From an uncultured Bacillota bacterium (GTDB lineage: Bacteria > Bacillota_I > Bacilli_A > RFN20 > CAG-288), in the NCBI GenBank assembly GCA_949299015.1, contig CASFYT010000006.1, positions 16,457-80,456 on the forward strand: a DNA stretch of 64,000 nt, written 5' to 3'. The position numbers and the translations under genes were made by a program. Shown piece after piece: positions 17,342 through 26,083 of this stretch (position 1 is its first letter; the number at the start of each line of letters is the position of its first letter). Under the pieces are notes generated by a model that was not told the DNA's origin, did no database searches, and saw only the letters and a program-made list of their open reading frames with translations.

Positions 17342-18196
17342 TCACTTCTTCCTCTCGAGGACGCGACGGTAGACCTCCTTCTTCGGAAGGAGGTATTTTT
17401 CTCCGAGCCGTTGGGAGATCGACTTGGCGCTCAGCCCGGCGGAAAGGAGGCCGTCGATCTCCTGGACGAGCTCGTTTTCGTCGAGGGTCCTCTCCTTCTC
17501 GCCCTCGATCAGGAGGACGATCTCTCCACGCAGATCCGTGATAGAGGCGAGCTCGGAAAGAGTTCCCGAGATGGTTTCTTCATGAATTTTCGTCAATTCG
17601 CGGACGATAGCTCCTTTTCTCTCAGGAGGAAAGACGCTTTGAACAATCGAAAGAGTCTCGGCGATGCGATGGGGGGACTCATAGAAGATCAGGGTCTCCT
17701 GGCGATGGACGAGGGCGGAGAAGAAGTTCCTCTTCGCTCCGGGCTTGGCCGGGGGAAAGCCATAGAAGGCGAAGTCGGCCGTGTCGAGCCCCGAAAGGAC
17801 GAGCCCGGAGAGTGAGGCGGTCGGACCCGGAAGGAGTGTGACCGGGACGTCGGCATCCCGGAAGACCTTCAGGAGCAGGGCACCCGGGTCGGAGATGCCG
17901 GGCATTCCTGCGTCCGAACAGTAGCTGACGGCCCATTTCTTCTCCTGGGCCATCGCGAGGACCTTCCTCGCCTCCTCGACCTCGTTCTGACTGTAGAGGG
18001 CGATGAGCTTCGAGGGTCGGATGCCGTAGTGGTCGAGGAGCTTCTTGGTGTTGCGGGTGTCCTCGCAGCAGATGGCATCGCTCTCCTTGAGGGCGCGGAG
18101 GGCGCGGAGGGTGATGTCCTCCATGTTTCCGATCGGCGTGGTCACCAGCGAAAGCCGGGGCCTTTCGGTTCCGGAGACCGGCTTACTTCTTTTCAT
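17342..18196 (-). CDS. rsmI: 16S rRNA (cytidine1402-2'-O)-methyltransferase
   Basis: LSLVTTPIGNMEDITLRALRALKESDAICCEDTR is the tetrapyrrole-methylase-fold N-terminus typical of RsmI. Confidence 0.93.
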   Translation of the reverse strand: MKRSKPVSGTERPRLSLVTTPIGNMEDITLRALRALKESDAICCEDTRNTKKLLDHYGIRPSKLIALYSQNEVEEARKVLAMAQEKKWAVSYCSDAGMPGISDPGALLLKVFRDADVPVTLLPGPTASLSGLVLSGLDTADFAFYGFPPAKPGAKRNFFSALVHRQETLIFYESPHRIAETLSIVQSVFPPERKGAIVRELTKIHEETISGTLSELASITDLRGEIVLLIEGEKERTLDENELVQEIDGLLSAGLSAKSISQRLGEKYLLPKKEVYRRVLERKK

Positions 18197-19346
18197 CGCC
18201 TTCCTTCTTGACGTGTCCCTTGATGGAGAGGACCTCCTTGTCGGCGATCTGGCTCACGGGGATGAAGCCGCTGTCCCGGTTCTGGCTGTAGGAGAAGGGG
18301 CGGTTGCGGTTACGGTCGTTGTGTTGACGGCCGTGGTCGTTGCGGCGGGACGGGGCGTTGTTCCTCCGCCGGTCGTTCCGGTTCTTCGTGCTTTCGCGGT
18401 TGATGGCTTCGCGGCGACGGTCCTCGCTCTCCTTGATCTTGGCGATGCGCTTGTTCGTGTCGACGATGCCCAGTCCGGAAAGGTCGACCCCGGAGTTGAT
18501 GTCCTTGAAGACGGGGGCCTCCTCGACCTTGTCGAGGCCCTTCCGCATCCTCTCGAGCTGTTCCCGGTTCACGTTCTCGTAGTTGGAACCGTCGTGGAGG
18601 GTGATGGTATCGGTGAGGACGTTGATGCCCGTCACCGCATAGTCCTTGTTGCGATAATGGATCTTCTCGCCCATCTTGGGGAAGGAGGGACGCAGTTCCG
18701 AATAGGCGGCGTCCTCGTACTTGAGGCAGCACATCAGCTTTCCGCAGGCTCCGGAGAGCTTGGGGATGTTGATCGCCAGGAGCTGGTTCTTGGCCATGGC
18801 GATGGATATGCCGTCGAAGGTCTTGAGGAAGGTCGTGCAGCAGAGGGGAAGGCCGCAGGCCCCGATGCCGCCGATGGTCCGGGCCTGGTCGCGCGGGCCG
18901 ATCTGGCGCAGTTCGATCCGGAGCCGGAAGAGGCCGCAGAGGATGCGGACCAGTTCGCGGAAGTCGACCCTTCCGTCGGCCGTGAAGGTGATCAGGACCT
19001 TGTTCTCGTTGCAGTCGAGGTGGGCCGAGAGCATCTTCATCTCCAGATGGAGGGCATCGGCCTGTCGCTGGGACTCTTCCAGGATGTTCTGCTCCTTGAT
19101 GAGGCTGGTCCGGAGGAAGGCGAGGTCCTGGAAGGTCGCGATCCGGAGGATGGGCGGAAAGAGGGTCAGGAAGTCCTTGCCCTGCATCTCCTCCTCCGTG
19201 GCCGGCCGAATCTTCTCGACCTTCGCGAGGAAGGAACCGTGTTCCGTCTGGACGGCGACGTAGGAGCCGACCTCGATGTCCTTGTTGGTCTGATAGAACT
19301 TCAATCCTTGGAAATCCAGGAAAATGCCTAAAAGGGATGTACGCAT
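18183..19346 (-). CDS. ricT: PSP1-domain protein RicT/YaaT with an R/N-rich C-terminal extension
   Basis: Internal ATG at 19346. Motifs: GACGLPLCCTTFL and GACGKLMCCLKYE. Synteny with holB. Confidence 0.9.
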   Translation of the reverse strand: MRTSLLGIFLDFQGLKFYQTNKDIEVGSYVAVQTEHGSFLAKVEKIRPATEEEMQGKDFLTLFPPILRIATFQDLAFLRTSLIKEQNILEESQRQADALHLEMKMLSAHLDCNENKVLITFTADGRVDFRELVRILCGLFRLRIELRQIGPRDQARTIGGIGACGLPLCCTTFLKTFDGISIAMAKNQLLAINIPKLSGACGKLMCCLKYEDAAYSELRPSFPKMGEKIHYRNKDYAVTGINVLTDTITLHDGSNYENVNREQLERMRKGLDKVEEAPVFKDINSGVDLSGLGIVDTNKRIAKIKESEDRRREAINRESTKNRNDRRRNNAPSRRNDHGRQHNDRNRNRPFSYSQNRDSGFIPVSQIADKEVLSIKGHVKKEGDEKK

Positions 19347-19347
19347 G

Positions 19348-20343
19348 TCAATACTCCTCGCTGATGGTTCGGACGAGTCTTGCGCAGAGCGCGGTCGGGG
19401 AGAGGTTGATCTGTCGAAGGCGGAGGGCCTTCTGGAGGATCGCGATGCCGCCCATGATGGCCCGCGGATGCCTCGCAAGGCTCCGGGTGATCTCGCGGAA
19501 CGGGCTTTGGGACGTGTCGCCCTGGAAGAGGGATTCCTGGAAGACGCAGAGAAGAGTCCGATACATCCAATTATAGCACTTGGCATCCTTGATTCGCTGC
19601 GTGCATTCCAGAAGGGCGATGCCGGCCCCCTTGGGCGAGCGGGAAAGCTCGGTCAGGAAGATCTCGGCCGCCTCGTATCCCAAGGCGAAGGAATCGTCTT
19701 CCTGGAGCATCGCCTGGATCTCGCTTCGGGAGGTGAAGGAACGGGAGAGGAAGAAGAGAGCCCCGTCCGAAAGGGGGATCTCCTTTCCCTTGCCGTCGGA
19801 GAAGGGTTCGGAGAGCAGCTGGTGGTAGAAGGAGGAGGAATCCAGGGGCTCCACGGAGAGGAGGATGGTGCGGGAGCGGATGGTCTTCAGGACGCGCGTC
19901 GGATTGTAGGTGGTGAGGAACGCGACCTGTCCCTCCCGCGGCTCCTCCAGGAACTTCAGGAGGGCGTTGGCCGCCTCCTCCGTGATGTTGTCGACTTCGT
20001 GCACGACGTAGCAGAGGACGTGGCCCTTCTCGAGGGCGGAGAGGGAGAAGTCTTCCAGGAGCTGCTTGACCGTCTCCTTCCGGATGGTGGGTCCGCTGCC
20101 GTCGATGAGGCGAAAGTCGGGATGGATTCCCTTCTCGAAGCGCTGGCAGGAGGAACACTCTCCGCAGGCGAGGAGGCCCTCCTGACAGGAGAGGGACTTC
20201 GCCAGAAAGAGGGCGACGTCCTTGAGCGGGGCGCCCCCTTCTCCCGTCAGGAGGTACGCATGCGAAAGGCGGTTCTGCCTGCGGGAATTGAGGAAGAACT
20301 TCGCCAGCTTTCCTTCGTGGGCCAGGAAGGTGTCCTTGTCCAT
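19348..20343 (-). CDS. holB: DNA polymerase III delta' subunit
   Basis: Motifs RLSHAYLLTGEGG and CGECSSCQR. The ATG at 20343 forms a TGATG junction with tmk, whereas the track start at 20346 is TTG. Confidence 0.9.
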   Translation of the reverse strand: MDKDTFLAHEGKLAKFFLNSRRQNRLSHAYLLTGEGGAPLKDVALFLAKSLSCQEGLLACGECSSCQRFEKGIHPDFRLIDGSGPTIRKETVKQLLEDFSLSALEKGHVLCYVVHEVDNITEEAANALLKFLEEPREGQVAFLTTYNPTRVLKTIRSRTILLSVEPLDSSSFYHQLLSEPFSDGKGKEIPLSDGALFFLSRSFTSRSEIQAMLQEDDSFALGYEAAEIFLTELSRSPKGAGIALLECTQRIKDAKCYNWMYRTLLCVFQESLFQGDTSQSPFREITRSLARHPRAIMGGIAILQKALRLRQINLSPTALCARLVRTISEEY

Positions 20344-20975
20344 CAACTTGAGATCCTCTTGAGCAAGATGCCTTCGATTTCGTCGACCTCCTCCTCCACG
20401 CTCTTCGTGGCATCGATTCTCTTGATTCGATCGGGATATTTCTTCAGAAGGATCTGATAGCCTTCGTAGACCTTCCGATGGAAGTTCTCCTTTTCGAGGT
20501 CCAGCCGATTGACTTCGCGGTCGCGGTTCTTCGCGATGCGCAGCAGGCCTTGCTCCGGGCTCAGGTCGAGGTAGAAGGTCAGGTCGGGAAGAATCTTCTC
20601 CGTGGCGAAGAGGTTGATGGCGTAGACCTCGTCCATGCCGATGCCCCGGGCATATCCCTGGTAGGCGAGGGAGGAATCGAGGTAGCGGTCGGAGAGGACG
20701 AGCTGACCCTGTCGGAGGGCCGGAAGCACGATCTCGATCAAGTGCTGCCTTCGGGAGGCGGCGTAGAGCAGGGCTTCGGTCCTCTCGTCCATCGCCGTGT
20801 TCTTTCGGTCCAGGATGACGTTCCGGATCTCCTCGGCGATGACGCTCCCTCCGGGTTCCCGGGTGTGGAGGAAGGAAATCCGGCGCCGGGAGAGGCGTCG
20901 TTCGAGTTCTTCCATGACGGTCGTCTTTCCCGAACCGTCGCCTCCTTCGAACGTGACGAAAAGTCCCTTAGCCAT
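20343..20975 (-). CDS. tmk: thymidylate kinase
   Basis: FVTFEGGDGSGKTT P-loop, and DRYLDSSLAYQG. Confidence 0.96.
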   Translation of the reverse strand: MAKGLFVTFEGGDGSGKTTVMEELERRLSRRRISFLHTREPGGSVIAEEIRNVILDRKNTAMDERTEALLYAASRRQHLIEIVLPALRQGQLVLSDRYLDSSLAYQGYARGIGMDEVYAINLFATEKILPDLTFYLDLSPEQGLLRIAKNRDREVNRLDLEKENFHRKVYEGYQILLKKYPDRIKRIDATKSVEEEVDEIEGILLKRISS

Positions 20976-21585
20976 GGTGGTCTTCTCCTTTGTCCATGCC
21001 GACCCGGAACTGGATCGACTGCGCGATGGTGAGGTTGTCGAGGTATTCCAGATGCGTCCCGACGGGAATGCCGTAGGCGAGGCGGCTGACCTTGACGGAA
21101 AGCGGGGCGAGGACGTTGGAAAGGTAGAGGCGGGTCGTCTCCCCCTCCATGTCGGTCCCCAGGGCCAGGATCACCTCCTCCACCTTCTCTTCCCGGACCC
21201 GTTCGACGAGCCGGTCGACGCCGATGGCCTCGGCCGTCCTGTTCTTCAGCGGGGAGAGAAGGCCGTCGAGCGTGAAGTAGAGTCCGTGGAAGGACTTCGT
21301 CTTCTCGATGGCGAGAATGTCCTTGCTGTCCGAGACGACGAGGAGGGTCTTCCGATCGCGGGTCGGATCGCTGCAGAGGGGACAGCGCTCCTCGTAGAAG
21401 AAGCCGCAGCGGGGACATTTCGTGACCTTGTCGCGGGCGTCCGTCAGGGCGAGGATGAAGCGTTCCTTCTCCTCCTTGGTCAGGTGGAGCGTCGCATAGG
21501 CCAGGCGTTCCGCGGTCTTGCTGCCGACGCCGGGAAGCTTCCGGAAGCTGCGTGCGAGCTCTTCGACGGTCTTAATAGGTTCCAT
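20968..21585 (-). CDS. recR: recombination protein RecR
   Basis: Internal ATG at 21585. LPGVGSKTAERLA is the HhH motif, CPRCGFFYEERCPLC is the Zn finger, and a Toprim domain is present. Confidence 0.95.
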   Translation of the reverse strand: MEPIKTVEELARSFRKLPGVGSKTAERLAYATLHLTKEEKERFILALTDARDKVTKCPRCGFFYEERCPLCSDPTRDRKTLLVVSDSKDILAIEKTKSFHGLYFTLDGLLSPLKNRTAEAIGVDRLVERVREEKVEEVILALGTDMEGETTRLYLSNVLAPLSVKVSRLAYGIPVGTHLEYLDNLTIAQSIQFRVGMDKGEDHHG

Positions 21586-21910
21586 TGTGCATCTGAAGCT
21601 CCAGCAGCTGCTGCTGCATGTCCTTCTGCAGCTTTTCCACGTCCGCGTTGATGGCGTTGTTGAGATTGGCAAGGCAGCGGTGGATGGCGCGTTCCATCGT
21701 CCCCTTTCCGCTGGTCTCGTAGAATCCTTGGTCGATATGGACGCTGATCACGTCGTGGTTTCCCTTCATCGTGATGGAGATTCCCTGGCTGAATCCCTGG
21801 TAGGTCTTGTTGGAGAGTTCGCTGGAAAGGGCCTGGAATTCCCGGGCCTTGTCCTGGATGGCGGCGAGGTTGGCGGCCTTCTTCGTCTGATCGTCGAAAT
21901 CGTCGGGCAT
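21572..21910 (-). CDS. ybaB: nucleoid-associated protein YbaB/EbfC
   Basis: Length 112 aa, with the conserved position between dnaX and recR. Confidence 0.9.
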   Translation of the reverse strand: MPDDFDDQTKKAANLAAIQDKAREFQALSSELSNKTYQGFSQGISITMKGNHDVISVHIDQGFYETSGKGTMERAIHRCLANLNNAINADVEKLQKDMQQQLLELQMHNGTY

Positions 21911-21915
21911 GTTCG

Positions 21916-23580
21916 TTAGTCCTCCTTCTTGGCTTCGTCGGCCATCAGCTCCTGGAAGAAGGCGGTCGAGCCTTTGACGGCCTTCGTCCTTCCGAAGTCG
22001 ATCTGGCAGCCTTCCTTCGTCTTCTCGGTCTGCCCCTTGTAGAGGCCGAAGGCCTCATAGAATTCCTCGTTCCGAATGGCGAGGACGTCGTATTCCTTGC
22101 CGAAGACCTCCTTTGTCAGCTGGCGCAGCTTCTCCTGTTCCTTGAGGTCCTTCAGGACTTCGAGGTCGGAGAGGACCGGAGAGGTCAGGACGAGGACGTC
22201 CAGGGCGACAAGGCGGAGCTTGGCGTTGTACAGGGCCTTGGCGCGATATCCCCGCTCCTCGAAGAAGAGGTCCTGGAGCTTGTTCCACTTGGCCGCGACG
22301 GAAAGCCTCTCCTCCTTGTTGTTCTGGTTCATCAGGTTGAGGATGTCCTTCATCGTGTATTGGATGAACGCCTTCTCCTCCTCTTGTCTGTTTTCCTTCC
22401 TCTTCTCCTTGGGCGAGGACGGAATCTCGACGGCGGAGGTGGGAGGGACTTCCTCCCTTTCCTCTTCCTTTCGGGGCACAGGGACGGACTGGGCGGCAGG
22501 AGCGAATTCCTCCTCCTGCGTCAGAGCCAGAAGCGTCAGCTCGAGGTGGGAAAGAAGGGAATCGGCGTAGCGATAGTCCCGCCGCTTCTGGATCAGGAGG
22601 TCGAGATGGGAGCGCAGGGCGGTCGAGGGCAGGGAGAGGAGGGGCGTCGCCTCCTCCTTTGTCAGCTTGGACATCAGGGAGGGCTCCCTGGTCGCCTTGA
22701 GGATCAGGAGGTCCTTGTAGAGGTCGATCAGGTCGTCGTGAAGGCGAAGGACGTTCATTCCGCCCTGGTACTTTTCCCGCACCGTCTTCAGGAGGAGGGC
22801 GGTCTCCCTCTTCTCGATCTGGGAAAGGAGCTGGATCTCGTCCTTCCGCGAGAGCAGGCCGAAGAGCTCGTCGACGTCTTCGCTCCGGATCTTCCCGTCG
22901 CAGTAGGAGACCAGCTGGTCCAGGAGGGAGAGGGAGTCGCGGACGCCGCCGTCCGCCAGAGTGGCGATGGCCTCCAGGGCCTCCTCCTCGTATTCGATGC
23001 CCTCGGCCTTGAGGACGCGCTCGAGGTTGAAGACGAGGTCCTTCTTGGTGACCTTGGAGAAGTTGAATCGCTGGACGCGGGACAGGATGGTCGGGATGAT
23101 CTTCTGGGGATCGGTCGTGCAGAGGATGAAGACGACGAAGTCCGGCGGTTCCTCCAGCGTCTTGAGCAGGGCGTTGAAGGCGGGCGTCGACATGTTGTGG
23201 ACTTCGTCGATGATGTAGATCTTGTAGCGCGAGAGGATCGGTTGATAGGAGACGTTCTCGATCAGCTGCCGGACCGAGTCGACGGAGGAGTTGGAGGCGG
23301 CGTCGATTTCGACGACGTCCGGATGTTCTCCGGCGGCGATGGCGCGGCAGGAATCGCAGGCCAGGCACTGCTCCCCCAAGCCCTTCTGGCAGTCGAGGGC
23401 CTTGGCAAAGAGCCGCGCCATGGTCGTCTTCCCGGTTCCGCGGGGACCGCAGAAGAGATAGGCGTGGGCGATCTTGTCCTCGTGGATCGCATTCTTCAGC
23501 GTCTGGACGATGTTGTCCTGCCCGACCACTTCCGCGAAGGTCTGAGGGCGGTATTTGTTATAGAGCGCTTGATAAGCCAT
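21916..23580 (-). CDS. dnaX: DNA polymerase III gamma/tau subunit
   Basis: Motifs GPRGTGKTT, DEVHNMS and CLACDSC. TATAAT and GAAGGAGA lie upstream. Confidence 0.97.
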   Translation of the reverse strand: MAYQALYNKYRPQTFAEVVGQDNIVQTLKNAIHEDKIAHAYLFCGPRGTGKTTMARLFAKALDCQKGLGEQCLACDSCRAIAAGEHPDVVEIDAASNSSVDSVRQLIENVSYQPILSRYKIYIIDEVHNMSTPAFNALLKTLEEPPDFVVFILCTTDPQKIIPTILSRVQRFNFSKVTKKDLVFNLERVLKAEGIEYEEEALEAIATLADGGVRDSLSLLDQLVSYCDGKIRSEDVDELFGLLSRKDEIQLLSQIEKRETALLLKTVREKYQGGMNVLRLHDDLIDLYKDLLILKATREPSLMSKLTKEEATPLLSLPSTALRSHLDLLIQKRRDYRYADSLLSHLELTLLALTQEEEFAPAAQSVPVPRKEEEREEVPPTSAVEIPSSPKEKRKENRQEEEKAFIQYTMKDILNLMNQNNKEERLSVAAKWNKLQDLFFEERGYRAKALYNAKLRLVALDVLVLTSPVLSDLEVLKDLKEQEKLRQLTKEVFGKEYDVLAIRNEEFYEAFGLYKGQTEKTKEGCQIDFGRTKAVKGSTAFFQELMADEAKKED

Positions 23581-23620
23581 GTCGTCTCCTTCTTCGTTAC
23601 GCCGTTTATTATATCAAAAA

Positions 23621-23730
23621 GAGAAGGAGGGTCCGACGGTCAAAGAAGGGGAATTTTGAAGGGAGCCCCTCGGAATGGGGGCCTCCTTCCCTTCCGCGGG
23701 AGGGACGCAAGCGGGCGTAACGCTTTCACT
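23621..23730. other. GC-rich, hairpin-rich island in the otherwise AT-rich dnaX/CBS divergent intergenic region (possible small RNA; strand unresolved)
   Basis: Contains a GCCCC-(7-8 nt)-GGGGC hairpin extended by GAAGGG/CCCTTC. Has GGAA-containing loops on both strands. Is flanked by CGTTACGCC...GGCGTAACG inverted repeats (23598-23606 and 23715-23723). Has no credible ORF. Confidence 0.3.
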
Positions 23731-23904
23731 CGATCAATTCCAAAATCGATTTGTAGAATATTTCCAGTTATTGAAGGACTCGGGAATATTTTGATAATTG
23801 CAAAAGAAACGAATAAGCAATTTTATCTCGTTTCAAAGAAGCATCGAAGGAGGAGAGGATTTGGCCTCCGCTTCCTGGTTGATTCTCCGTCTCCTGATTG
23901 ACTA

Positions 23905-23913
23905 TGATAGAAT
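23905..23913 (+). promoter_or_regulatory. extended -10 element (TGaTAGAAT) 5 nt upstream of the CBS-gene ATG
   Basis: Read directly from the sequence. There is no SD between it and the ATG at 23919. Confidence 0.5.
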
Positions 23914-23918
23914 CCCGT

Positions 23919-24323
23919 ATGAACATAATGTTTTTCTTACTTCCGAAGAGCAAGGTCGCCTACGTCCAGGACGATTTTACGTTGCGCCAGACGGTCGAGA
24001 AGCTGCGCTACCACCACTATACGGCCATCCCGATCCTGGATTCGCAGGGACATTACCTGCGGACGGTCGCGGAAGGGGACATCCTCTACTACCTCAAGGA
24101 CCATGACGGCATGGACTTCAAGATGGCGGAGGACGTCTCGATCTCGGAGGTGACCAGCGAGAGGGACATCCACCCCATCCACTCCATGGCGCGCATGGAA
24201 GACCTCTACTACCTCTCTTTGGGTCAGAACTTCGTTCCCGTCATCGACGACAAGGGCGTCTTCATCGGCATCGTCACGCGTCAGGCGATCCTCAAGTATT
24301 ATTTTGCGAGCCTCAAGGGCTAG
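23919..24323 (+). CDS. CBS-pair domain protein (YkuL/CbpB-like)
   Basis: Two CBS motifs are present ([18 protein letters not shown] and [17 protein letters not shown]). The track start at 23898 is a TTG that doubles as TTGACT. The ATG at 23919 fits a leaderless start. Confidence 0.85.
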   Translation: MNIMFFLLPKSKVAYVQDDFTLRQTVEKLRYHHYTAIPILDSQGHYLRTVAEGDILYYLKDHDGMDFKMAEDVSISEVTSERDIHPIHSMARMEDLYYLSLGQNFVPVIDDKGVFIGIVTRQAILKYYFASLKG

Positions 24324-24337
24324 GGAGGGCATTTTCG

Positions 24338-25948
24338 ATGGAAAAGTATATCTTTGTGACGGGCGGCGTGATCTCCGGCCTTGGCAAGGGCATCACGGCT
24401 GCCTCGCTGGGCCGTCTTCTCAAGGCGCGTGGCTACCGGGTCACGATGCAGAAGTTCGACCCCTACCTCAACGTCGACCCCGGTACGATGTCCCCCATCC
24501 AGCATGGCGAAGTCTTCGTCACCGACGACGGCACGGAGACCGACCTGGACTTGGGACACTACGAGCGTTTCATCGACGAGAACCTCAATTGCAATTCCAA
24601 CGTCACGACGGGAAAGATCTATGAGGAGGTCCTTTCCAAGGAACGCCACGGCGATTACGGCGGCGGCACGGTCCAGGTCATTCCTCACGTGACCAACACC
24701 ATCAAGAGCAAATTCCATCGCAACGACAAGGCCGACGAGACGGAAATCACCATCGTGGAGATCGGCGGTACGATCGGAGACATCGAGTCCCAGCCCTTCT
24801 TCGAGGCGATCCGTCAGTTCAGCCATGAGATCGGCCAGGAGAACTGCTGCATCGTTATGGTCTCCCTCATCCCCTACCTCAAGGCGAGCCAGGAGCTGAA
24901 GACGAAGCCGACGCAGATGGCCGTCAAGAGCCTCCAGTCGATGGGGCTTCAGCCCGACATCATCGTCTGCCGTTCGGAATACCCGATCCCGGATCACGTC
25001 ATCGACAAGATCTCCCTCTTCTGCAACGTTCCCAAGAACCATGTCCTCCCCAACCTCGACGTCGAGACGGTCTACGAGCTGCCGCTGGAGCTCGACCGGG
25101 AGCGCTTCGCCCAGGCCGTCGGAGAGACGCTCCATCTTCCGATGCCCGAGCCCAACCTCGCCGGATGGAAGCGGATGGTCGACCGCATCAAGACCTCGAA
25201 GGAGATCGTCAAGATCGCCCTGGTCGGAAAGTACACGGCCTTGCATGACGCCTACATTTCGGTCAACGAGGCCCTCAAGGCGGCCGGATACTACTATCAC
25301 AACAAGGTCGAGATTGAATGGATCGAGTCCGAGAACGTCACGGCCAAGAGCGCCGAGCGCCTCCTCTCCTCCGTCGACGGCATCCTGGTTCCGGGCGGAT
25401 TCGGCGACCGTGGCATCCCGGGCATGCTCGAGGCGATCCGCTACGCCCGCACCAACGGCATCCCCTTCCTGGGACTCTGCCTGGGCCTGCAGACCTCCAT
25501 CATCGAGTTCGCGCGTGACGTCCTGGGCTACAAGGACGCCAATTCGACGGAATTCGATCCGGAGTCGAAGCACCCGGTAATCCACCTCATGGCGGAGCAG
25601 AGGAACGTCGAGGACCTCGGCGGGACGATGCGTCTGGGCTCCTACCCCTGCGTCCTGAGCACGGACAGCCGGGCCTATCGGCTCTATGGCGCCAAGAAGA
25701 TCAACGAACGCCATCGCCATCGCTACGAAGTCAACAACGACTACCGCGAGGAGCTTGTGGAACACGGCATGGTTCCGGTCGGCTTCTCTCCGGACGGACG
25801 CATCGTCGAGATGATCGAGATTCCCGAGCATCCCTTCTTCCTGGCCACCCAGGCGCATCCAGAGTTCAAGTCCCGTCCCGATCGTCCCCATCCCCTCTTC
25901 CGCGGCTTCGTGGAGGCGAGCATCCAGCATCGCGACAACCGAAAGTAG
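24338..25948 (+). CDS. pyrG: CTP synthase
   Basis: [23 protein letters not shown] (GATase Cys) and HRHRYEVN. Confidence 0.98.
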   Translation: MEKYIFVTGGVISGLGKGITAASLGRLLKARGYRVTMQKFDPYLNVDPGTMSPIQHGEVFVTDDGTETDLDLGHYERFIDENLNCNSNVTTGKIYEEVLSKERHGDYGGGTVQVIPHVTNTIKSKFHRNDKADETEITIVEIGGTIGDIESQPFFEAIRQFSHEIGQENCCIVMVSLIPYLKASQELKTKPTQMAVKSLQSMGLQPDIIVCRSEYPIPDHVIDKISLFCNVPKNHVLPNLDVETVYELPLELDRERFAQAVGETLHLPMPEPNLAGWKRMVDRIKTSKEIVKIALVGKYTALHDAYISVNEALKAAGYYYHNKVEIEWIESENVTAKSAERLLSSVDGILVPGGFGDRGIPGMLEAIRYARTNGIPFLGLCLGLQTSIIEFARDVLGYKDANSTEFDPESKHPVIHLMAEQRNVEDLGGTMRLGSYPCVLSTDSRAYRLYGAKKINERHRHRYEVNNDYREELVEHGMVPVGFSPDGRIVEMIEIPEHPFFLATQAHPEFKSRPDRPHPLFRGFVEASIQHRDNRK

Positions 25949-25974
25949 AAGGCGGCCTGCTGGCCGCCTTTTCC
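25949..25974 (+). terminator. rho-independent terminator of pyrG
   Basis: GGCGGCC-TGCT-GGCCGCC followed by TTTTCC. Confidence 0.85.
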
Positions 25975-26083
25975 TTGTCCCCGGACCCGCCCCGGCGTTG
26001 TAAGTTCGGCGGAGATTGACTATCATATCTTGTCGACGAAGGCCTTCCTTTCCCTGGAAGGAAGGGCACGAAAGGACCGAAAG

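Noticed and set aside
21916-23580. A programmed -1 frameshift site (A AAA AAG type) in dnaX for gamma-subunit production.
   Set aside because: I saw no A-rich slippery heptamer in the coding strand.
23590-23740. Calling the GC-rich hairpin block upstream of dnaX an SRP RNA (ffs/scr) on synteny grounds.
   Set aside because: The conserved helix-8 signature (AGG / GNRA tetraloop / AGCA) is not found on either strand. I kept it only as an unassigned structured element at low confidence.
23798-24106. A strong SD-like GAAGGAGGAG followed by TTG, opening a 102-aa ORF that overlaps the CBS gene out of frame.
   Set aside because: The product is P/G/R-rich out-of-frame noise over a well-supported CBS gene. 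The SD-like purine run instead pairs with a downstream CCTCCGCTTC.
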